Assembly: GCA_964609585.1 (NCBI GenBank)
Contig: CAZSRA010000003.1
Span: 35,405-99,404, forward strand
From: an uncultured Candidatus Saccharimonadales bacterium
GTDB lineage: Bacteria > Patescibacteriota > Saccharimonadia > UBA4664
DNA length: 64,000 nt
Reading direction: 5' to 3'
The notes below the pieces were generated by a model. That model saw only the letters and a list, made by a program, of their open reading frames with translations, searched no databases and was not told where the DNA came from. The translations under genes were made by a program, and so were the position numbers. Below, one piece after another: positions 57,585 to 64,000 of this stretch. Each line of letters begins with the position of its first letter. The first letter of the stretch is position 1.

Positions 57585-58106
57585 CTATGATTGCCGTGAT
57601 GTGTCCGACCTAAGTACCGTCCTGTGGTCGCTTTGGTCATAAACAACTACTTGGCTCGGCGTTGGCATTAGGTTGGTTAGCGCCCGTATTTGTGTGTCCT
57701 CTAGGGTTGCGGCTATGTACATGGTGCGGCATATAGGGGGGTATGTTATGGCTGATGTATATGTCGTTGCGATTATGGCCGTATCCGGCTCGTCGAAGGG
57801 TTGTTCGGTGAAGCAGAGGTTTTGCATGTAGGTGATCTGGCGCGATAGCTCGATGAGCTGCTCGGTATCGGTAGCCGACCGGCGCTTCTTGAGTGCTTGG
57901 TGGGTCAGCCTGGTCCAGCGCTTTTGGATGAGTGTTAAGAGCTGGGTTGGTTGGTCGGTGATAATGTATTCCCTACCACCGAGACGATGGCGCATATACA
58001 GTCGGTGAGCAATATCACCCGCAATATTTTGGATGCCAAATATCTTAGCCTGTTCAAAGTAATTGCCGGGCTCCCTCTCCCCCATCTGGGACTGACTTCT
58101 CTTCAT
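57585..58106 (-). CDS. Hypothetical protein
   Basis: ORF only. Confidence 0.3.
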   Translation of the reverse strand: MKRSQSQMGEREPGNYFEQAKIFGIQNIAGDIAHRLYMRHRLGGREYIITDQPTQLLTLIQKRWTRLTHQALKKRRSATDTEQLIELSRQITYMQNLCFTEQPFDEPDTAIIATTYTSAITYPPICRTMYIAATLEDTQIRALTNLMPTPSQVVVYDQSDHRTVLRSDTSRQS

Positions 58107-58218
58107 TATCTACTATTACTCTGACTAATAGTTCTCATCAAGAAAACTGTAACATATCAACCCAACTATTAGTATCACTAAGTGTTACTAAGACTAATAA
58201 TTCTTTAGTCTTGAGTTC

Positions 58219-58449
58219 ATGATGAGAGAAGCAACGGAATCTAAATATCTGGCTGGCTTTGGCAAGCGAGTTGCCGAAGTTCGCCGAGACAAAGGCTTTA
58301 CTCAAGAATCGTTGGCCGAGAAGGCTGGCGTAACTGCACTGACGATCAGCTACATTGAGCAGGGTCGCCAATGGCCCCGTATTGCAACCCTATATAAAAT
58401 TGCAAACTCTCTTGGCGTGGCCGTACAGGAACTATTTCGCGGAATTTAG
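58219..58449 (+). CDS. XRE-family HTH transcriptional regulator
   Basis: GFTQESLAEKAGVTALTISYIEQGRQWP HTH_XRE signature. Confidence 0.8.
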   Translation: MMREATESKYLAGFGKRVAEVRRDKGFTQESLAEKAGVTALTISYIEQGRQWPRIATLYKIANSLGVAVQELFRGI

Positions 58450-58526
58450 GCTGCAAAAAGTAAAATGAGGAATCAAAAGCGGGCTTTATGCCCGCTTTCT
58501 TTGATAGTTCTCGCACCTAAAAATGT

Positions 58527-58580
58527 ACCTGCAAGTACTCAAGATAGGCTCCACGCTCACAACTACCACTTTGTTTATAG
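58527..58580 (+). repeat. 54-bp direct repeat, copy 1
   Basis: ACCTGCAAGTACTCAAGATAGGCTCCACGCTCACAACTACCACTTTGTTTATAG. Matches copy 2 with 3 mismatches. Confidence 0.6.
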
Positions 58581-58910
58581 AGACTATGGCTAAGTTATTC
58601 AAGCCTAGTGGCCTTGATGGTAGTTAGGCTGCCGGATAGTCTCTTGGGCCTGAAGCAATACGGGCGTTCGGCAAATGGCGCAGTGAACATGGGCTACGCC
58701 GTTCTTACGGTAGTAGCAGCCATCCCCCACCCCGCCGCAAATAGCCGACATGGCGCGATCCCTCTTACAATATTTGCAATATTCCCTCATGTGCGAATAA
58801 TATCATAAACCGAACACTAACCAAACACTATTTCATGATATTACTTCGGGCGGAATTTGGTCACTTCGCGGGGCTCCAACGTGCTCACGCTTTTATCATA
58901 TAATGGCGCT

Positions 58911-59483
58911 ATGAGCACTAAGCGCAAAGGATCTCATCATTCGAAGAAGAAGTTATTGGTAGTTGGTGCGGTGATGGCAGTTGCTGGTGCTATTGCCGCT
59001 AGCGCGACTATAAAGCCGCAACCTACACCCACCCCTCAGGCTACCGGGATATATACGCCGGCAGCAGTTACTAAGACCAGTGGATGTGTGGCAACGGCAG
59101 GGATTGAAGATAAGGCCTGTACGCCCGGGGCAGTTATTGCAACGGCTACAAAGGATGCGATATGCAAGCCGGGATACTCTCAATCGGTGCGCAACGTGCC
59201 GGAGAGCGAGAAAACGGCCGATTATGCTGAATACGGCATTACGAGCCATGCCACCGGGCAGTATGAGGTGGATCACTTAATCAGCCTGGAGTTGGGCGGA
59301 TCAAACGATATTGCGAACCTTTGGCCGGAACTAGCAGACCCCACACCTGGATTCCACCAAAAGGACAAGGTAGAGAATTATCTGCATAAGCAAGTATGTG
59401 ATGGGGTGATTAGTCTTAAGGCGGCTCAGCAGGAGATTGCGACGGATTGGCTGGCGGTTTATCGGACGATGCCGGCGAATTAA
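58911..59483 (+). CDS. Secreted/membrane-anchored HNH-family endonuclease
   Basis: Lys-rich N-terminus plus TM/signal (LLVVGAVMAVAGAIAASA). HNH motif YEVDHLISLELGGSNDIANLWP with several Cys pairs. Start chosen at MSTKRKG. Confidence 0.55.
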   Translation: MSTKRKGSHHSKKKLLVVGAVMAVAGAIAASATIKPQPTPTPQATGIYTPAAVTKTSGCVATAGIEDKACTPGAVIATATKDAICKPGYSQSVRNVPESEKTADYAEYGITSHATGQYEVDHLISLELGGSNDIANLWPELADPTPGFHQKDKVENYLHKQVCDGVISLKAAQQEIATDWLAVYRTMPAN

Positions 59484-59503
59484 CGTCGTCGGCACCTAGT
59501 TGG

Positions 59504-59558
59504 CACCTGCAAGTACTCAAGATAGGCTCCACGCTCACAACTATCATTTTGTTTATAG
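59504..59558 (+). repeat. 54-bp direct repeat, copy 2
   Basis: CACCTGCAAGTACTCAAGATAGGCTCCACGCTCACAACTATCATTTTGTTTATAG. Brackets the HNH gene together with copy 1. Confidence 0.6.
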
Positions 59559-59635
59559 CGGTTGTAGCAGGCATTATCAAGCTTGTTATGTTTGGCTTAT
59601 GTACTGCCTGGCGCTATCCTCGCTCGCAGGCGGCG

Positions 59636-60466
59636 CTATTTTTTGCCAGTGTCTGGAGCTGAAAGTCCCGTTCTTGAAGCAGAATCAAGCTTTCTATGAA
59701 CATATGAGGCCATAGCAAGAAGATCAAGTGCATCCTGTTCAGAAATGACCCATTTGATTTTTGGCTCGTGCGCAGTCGTATTTCTGAAAACCCCAAATAT
59801 CCCCTTAAGAAGGTTCATAAAGCCCTTTTGTTCTGACTGTTCCGTCTCAGTACTCAAATTATTAATGATCAGCATGGGGCGCTTTACGGCAAGTGAATCA
59901 TCGACCAGGTCAGCGCCATCATCTGTAAGCCCGGTCAGGCTCCTGAGCTTTTCCGCCACGCTCTTCGTGGCCTCAAAAACAGCATGGAAGTAATTCTCTT
60001 CAAGAAGCTCAGCCTTACAAAAACCCAGTACATCAGGGTGGGTGCCACGCTCTATTAGCTTAAGCCTCAAAGATCTAGCGCGTCGTTCAGCTTCGGATAG
60101 CGTCTCAACCTTCCGAGCATACTGGACCTTTCCAGATTGCGTTATTTCATATCCTCTCAGGGCCAGTATGATATTCAGCTGAACTTGTCTCGAATGAAAT
60201 TTCTCAGGCATACGAGCATATCGGATCGGATCCATAGAATGCTGGATGAATGTAATGACATTGTTGCTACATCCGTCTTTCTGCTGCTGGACATGCAGAG
60301 CATTGAATAGCCTTTTCCACTTTGTTAGCTGAGGGGTAATATCGTGGATACTTGAGGATCGGAGCAATGATTCGATCTCGCTGCCAGTTAAACCGTCGGC
60401 GGTATCAGCCAAGATTTTGCAGATTGCTTCAAGCGAGTTATCGTCAAACTTCTTAATTGCACTCAT
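59636..60466 (-). CDS. Abi_C/TIGR02391-like protein (C-terminal module typical of abortive-infection proteins)
   Basis: C-terminal block FGVFRNTTAHEPKIKWVISEQDALDLLAMASYVHRKLD resembling the conserved RN..AH core of the Abi C-terminal family. Confidence 0.5.
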   Translation of the reverse strand: MSAIKKFDDNSLEAICKILADTADGLTGSEIESLLRSSSIHDITPQLTKWKRLFNALHVQQQKDGCSNNVITFIQHSMDPIRYARMPEKFHSRQVQLNIILALRGYEITQSGKVQYARKVETLSEAERRARSLRLKLIERGTHPDVLGFCKAELLEENYFHAVFEATKSVAEKLRSLTGLTDDGADLVDDSLAVKRPMLIINNLSTETEQSEQKGFMNLLKGIFGVFRNTTAHEPKIKWVISEQDALDLLAMASYVHRKLDSASRTGLSAPDTGKK

Positions 60467-61464
60467 TTCGCTGAACCTTCAGCTTCTGCTGTTGCCGTTT
60501 CTTCGGGAGGGCTTAAAAGTGTGTTAAGATGTGCGACGTCGCTCACATCCAAGAGTGCTTCGTTCGCATTGAGTAACGGCAAGAAAAAGCCACTGACATC
60601 GGGATCTGATGCAATCCAAGATATTTGGCTATTCGTTGCCACGGCGCTTAGCATTGAGCGAATTTGATCTTGAGAAAAATCCGAGAACTGAGCCAATTTG
60701 GCGATTACAAAGTGAGTCGTGGCAAAATTAGTGCTGTTGGTTAAACGACCGACCAGTATCTCTCTTTCCAGCTCTACTGCTAATTTAATGTGAGGATAAT
60801 GCTCTCGAAAAAATGAGGTAAAGCTCACATACAATTTTACTATCGATGATTTGTTTGTTCCCCACTCGTCTCTTAAAAATTCGCAGATCGAACCTTGTTC
60901 GATCTGCGATACATAGTCTTTGTCGGCACTGATGATATATAGGTCTTCACCCTCGGGTACTGTTTCTAATAACCCAACCCAGTTCACTGCATCTCCATAA
61001 GACCTATCTTTGCCGGGTGGATTGCCAAGATCAAACCGCCGCTTTGCCGTCTGGTACATGTCTTCCGTGATCCTGACTTCATGAGCAAGGGGGAATAGAT
61101 CATGTATTAGCGCATCGGCATGCAAGGTGCCTTGAATCGCATCTACTCTAATTTGGTCCGTAAGTTTGTTCAGCTCTTCACTATATGCTTTCAGCTTTTC
61201 GCGAAGTCGACGATAGTCTGGGTAGTTTTTTACCATTTGAGGAAATGCCTTGGGCAAGACCTGCTCTTGTAAACCCTTAATCGACGCAGCGATCACTGTT
61301 TCCCTATTGCGTTTAAACTCATCTCTGAGCTGGCTTGTCGTATAGAGCTTAATATCGCGGTTGGTTACAGCGACCGAGAGCTTTCGCAGCTCATCAAGAT
61401 CATCATTTGAATATCGGTAAAACGATAAATACATATTTGTGTCGATGAAAAGATTTTTGCTCAT
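60463..61464 (-). CDS. PIN-like domain protein (DUF4935-like) with extended C-terminal region
   Basis: N-terminal LFIDTNMYLSFY and later DLYIISADKDY acidic-residue blocks consistent with a PIN-like fold. Overlaps the downstream Abi_C gene by 4 nt. Confidence 0.45.
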   Translation of the reverse strand: MSKNLFIDTNMYLSFYRYSNDDLDELRKLSVAVTNRDIKLYTTSQLRDEFKRNRETVIAASIKGLQEQVLPKAFPQMVKNYPDYRRLREKLKAYSEELNKLTDQIRVDAIQGTLHADALIHDLFPLAHEVRITEDMYQTAKRRFDLGNPPGKDRSYGDAVNWVGLLETVPEGEDLYIISADKDYVSQIEQGSICEFLRDEWGTNKSSIVKLYVSFTSFFREHYPHIKLAVELEREILVGRLTNSTNFATTHFVIAKLAQFSDFSQDQIRSMLSAVATNSQISWIASDPDVSGFFLPLLNANEALLDVSDVAHLNTLLSPPEETATAEAEGSAK

Positions 61465-61631
61465 TGTTCAACAATCACCCTAACAAGCTCGCCTTCATCA
61501 ACCAACTTCGTGTCGTGTTTCTGCGCCTTGGTGAGCTTGCTGGCCCTCGGTGCTTCGTCGACGACGAGGTAGGTGGTGTTTTTGCCGACCGAGTCTTGTT
61601 TTTTGACCCCTAGCTCTACGAATTTGGCCAT
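61461..61631 (-). CDS. Small stand-alone BRCT-domain protein (56 aa; LigA C-terminal BRCT-like), absent from the ORF track
   Basis: Minus-strand ORF MAKFVELGVKKQDSVGKNTTYLVVDEAPRASKLTKAQKHDTKLVDEGELVRVIVEQ. It has the GKxTxYLVVGE..SKL.KA BRCT signature of NAD-ligase C-termini. Its stop overlaps the PIN-like start (ATGA). Confidence 0.45.
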   Translation of the reverse strand: MAKFVELGVKKQDSVGKNTTYLVVDEAPRASKLTKAQKHDTKLVDEGELVRVIVEQ

Positions 61632-61912
61632 CGGTTCGCCCTTGATGCTAATAAATAGTGCAAGTATATTGTACTCTGCCTTACGCAGGCAAAGTATCTG
61701 AGATACACCTCTCCCTTTGTCTTCTCATCCTAAGGGCGAGAGGTCGATTCGTCCGTACGATGCAAACCTCGATTTTTGACAATACCCGTTGTCATGGAAG
61801 TGTCGGCGAGTGCTGACTGTGATGTTTAGCTAGCGAGTATTAGAGTAGCGGCTCGGGAGCAGTTATCGCCTCCGGGCTAAGTTGGAAATACAGTATTTTG
61901 GTTCATGCACAA

Positions 61913-63091
61913 CTAATAATCTGGATCATCAAAAAGCGTCGGCCTTTCGATTTCATTCTCGACCTGCCCAACAACGATTGTCCCAAGTTTACCTTTTGAC
62001 TTTCGAATATCACCGATCAGGTTCAGTGTTTGCGATGATTTGAAATGATCTGCAAAATGGTCAAGTCGATCTTTGGTGATGTCTCCGCTTTTTGCCTTGA
62101 ATGGGCGTTCAATCTTGTGGCCGTTAATTGAGAGAACCGTGTATTTGGCTTTTCCTAAGATATCTATAGATTCAACCAGCACCGTAATTTTTGCACTCCT
62201 CTCCTCGAGAGTTGTTTCGTCAGCGGCGATCTCGCGCTCTTCCAAGACATCCAAAAAACTTTCCTTTAGTGGTTCAGCGGAGCCTAGGTCAACCATTTGG
62301 AACTCTCTCTCCTCGACGGATAGGCCAAAGTCTAAGAGTGAGCTGCCTTTACTGCCAATTGTAATTGCCGAAATTCTATCAGAATATTTTTCCTTATATC
62401 TTGCGATGCTCTCCCCTCGTCCGAAGAAATCTCGCACGATCTTAGAATCGATTGATTCGCCAAGGACTCGATCTGCAAATTCAACTTCGTTACGTTTTGG
62501 CAACTTAACAAGTTCGTCTATAGCTTTTAAGTATTGGTGAAGGTACACGTTAGTCTCAGTCGCAATGGGGTAGATTGTTGGCTGAGGCTTATCGACGTAT
62601 ATCGAGACCGGTATTATAAAACTACCTTCTTCGGTATGATTAAACTCGAACTTTTCAATCGGAAGAGGATTACGTTTTTTGGATTTTGTTGAATAAAAAT
62701 ATCTAAACGCCTGAACATTTTTTTCAGGTATTACGGATGCTAGCTCAAAAGGTATCGTTTCTGAACCGATTGTATTCGTTCCAACAATGCGATTAATCAG
62801 TTTATAGTTGTACGCCTTCAGTTGAGAGCTAATCTCGCTTACGTTTTGAAAGTCTTCAGGCAAGTTTAGTGCGAAAAGAAGGATTAACTCATTTTTCTTT
62901 TGATATACGACATAATCAGGATCCTCGATATTTATTGGTAGCCGTGTCCAATTTTCTTGATTCTTTGGATCAATCCAGATTGCGTACCTTCCCGTGCTTG
63001 ATGTGTGCCGATTCCAGCCCACCCGCGAGAACGCATCCGCGAAATGATCGAAGGGGATAACTTTATTCTTTAACATCACAGTGCGTCCCAA
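61913..63091 (-). CDS. Hypothetical protein (392 aa), downstream member of an overlapping two-gene module
   Basis: ORF. The probable start MLKNK overlaps the stop of the upstream gene. No family recognised. Confidence 0.4.
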   Translation of the reverse strand: MGRTVMLKNKVIPFDHFADAFSRVGWNRHTSSTGRYAIWIDPKNQENWTRLPINIEDPDYVVYQKKNELILLFALNLPEDFQNVSEISSQLKAYNYKLINRIVGTNTIGSETIPFELASVIPEKNVQAFRYFYSTKSKKRNPLPIEKFEFNHTEEGSFIIPVSIYVDKPQPTIYPIATETNVYLHQYLKAIDELVKLPKRNEVEFADRVLGESIDSKIVRDFFGRGESIARYKEKYSDRISAITIGSKGSSLLDFGLSVEEREFQMVDLGSAEPLKESFLDVLEEREIAADETTLEERSAKITVLVESIDILGKAKYTVLSINGHKIERPFKAKSGDITKDRLDHFADHFKSSQTLNLIGDIRKSKGKLGTIVVGQVENEIERPTLFDDPDY

Positions 63092-63594
63092 TTCTTAGCT
63101 GCGTCAAAAAGCGAAACCAGTGTAACAGGATTTAATACGTTTGCTTTTGGTATGTGAATTTTGCCGGCATTAATTTTGCCAGATATCAGATAGAAATATG
63201 CTCTTGCGCGAAGCAGTAGGTGTTCAATTGTGACCTCATGCCAGTCTTCAACTTTATCCTCGGGAGGGAGGACAATGACTACCAGGTAGTGAGTTCCGTG
63301 TGGTGTTATAGACTTCGCAAGGGTATAGACCACCTCGGTGTCCGATTCCTGTAACATCGACAGGCTGCTCACCGATACGCCCTTTAATTGTATGTTGATT
63401 TCGTTACTTTCAGACGCCGCGCTTCGGCCGGGTCCAATCGTCTTATTGGTCATTTTGAAGTCAATCTGCAGACCGTCATAATCACGATTCGCTTCCATTA
63501 GCGCGTAGTTCACCTTTGCATTGAGACCGTAAAGGTACGCAATAGACATCTTGTCTTTAACGCTATTCATTTCGGGATTGATGCCTTTTGCCAT
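63076..63594 (-). CDS. Hypothetical protein (172 aa), possibly PD-(D/E)xK-like/DUF4365-like
   Basis: ORF. Weak D...E/QxK-type pattern (IDFKMT ... EINIQLK). Assignment tentative. Confidence 0.3.
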   Translation of the reverse strand: MAKGINPEMNSVKDKMSIAYLYGLNAKVNYALMEANRDYDGLQIDFKMTNKTIGPGRSAASESNEINIQLKGVSVSSLSMLQESDTEVVYTLAKSITPHGTHYLVVIVLPPEDKVEDWHEVTIEHLLLRARAYFYLISGKINAGKIHIPKANVLNPVTLVSLFDAAKNWDAL

Positions 63595-63667
63595 AAGAGG
63601 TTTACCTATTCTCGCTGCACATCGCTAAAAAATGCAAGTATACTCGTATACTTTGATCACCTCAAGC

Positions 63668-63691
63668 GAGATATATTCGTCAATATATCTC
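63668..63691. promoter_or_regulatory. 9-bp perfect inverted repeat (GAGATATAT-N6-ATATATCTC), candidate operator upstream of the terminal two-gene module
   Basis: Seen directly. Located ~75-100 nt upstream of the 63594 start on the minus strand. Confidence 0.35.
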
Positions 63692-64000
63692 ATCTGTTCA
63701 TGTATACGGTCTTTGTTTGGTTTTATTTTGCACTTTATTAAAAGTGGTTACAATCATTTCTATCAAATGAACTCGCTGTGATGCTAGGAAGTTTCATTCG
63801 TATAACTGGCTAAGTAGCCCTAGAACTTTCGAGCCTGTTTTTGTTCTAGCTAGGGGAACAATCCCATAGAGATCCACTAATACGCGGTTCAATGAAACAG
63901 TCCGCCATATCGCCTCATCCCCGGCTCTCAGGTTATCAAAATCACTCCTCGATACCGTGGCAAATGCTGGAGGATGTTTGAACTTTTGGACGATTTCTCT

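Noticed and set aside
58527-59558. Possible CRISPR array
   Set aside because: Only two repeat copies, 54 bp long and separated by ~0.9 kb of coding DNA. Not CRISPR-like. No cas genes.
59447-59715. Overlapping small ORFs 59447-59662 and 59500-59715
   Set aside because: They run through the 54-bp repeat and the convergent 3' ends of flanking genes. No RBS. Judged non-coding.
1-64000. tRNA/rRNA genes
   Set aside because: Scanned by eye for GGTTCGAATCC/T-loop-like motifs and rRNA-like conserved stretches. None found. A covariance-model scan (tRNAscan-SE/Infernal) would be needed for certainty.

Overview
This 64-kb bacterial window has three compositional parts. (i) The first ~1.3 kb is a high-GC (~68%) block: a near-perfect sigma70 consensus promoter followed by an actinobacterial-style proline-rich membrane-anchored ORF. 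It is grafted onto an otherwise ~50% GC backbone. (ii) A ~34-kb housekeeping/accessory backbone carries these genes: gnd; trhO; a cluster of a DUF1704 HExxH peptidase with two ATP-grasp ligases; ornithine cyclodeaminase; a tailspike-like beta-helix protein; YibE/F; a marR-DHA2 MFS pair; a MgtE-N/CBS protein translationally coupled to a non-canonical NRAMP (NRMT-like) transporter; MmpL; NUDIX; VOC proteins; a ridA-phzF-yheO operon; a second short high-GC insert; several MarR/TetR regulators with efflux and redox genes; a SLOG/NDT-like–YjjX ITPase fusion; and a Ddl-like ATP-grasp with VanZ. (iii) From ~35.8 kb to the end is an AT-richer mobile/defence-type island. It contains a DUF4145 pair, a cytoplasmic trypsin-like protease divergent from a single-HKD PLD nuclease, and an XRE-linked three-gene module. 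It also has a Gram-positive-type type IV secretion system (VirB2-like pilin, pilin-VirB6 fusion, VirB3-like, split VirB4, CHAP hydrolase, VirD4), but no relaxase or integrase is visible. The island further carries a 2285-aa RHS/YD polymorphic toxin with three PA14 domains and downstream immunity-like genes, an HNH nuclease gene bracketed by 54-bp direct repeats, a compact BRCT–PIN-like–Abi_C operon, and a terminal overlapping two-gene unknown module with a palindromic operator. No rRNA, tRNA or CRISPR array was recognised by eye. The most likely undescribed systems are the BRCT–PIN–AbiC operon, the protease/PLD pair, the SLOG–ITPase fusion, the MgtE-CBS/NRMT pair and the T4SS-adjacent PA14-RHS toxin.
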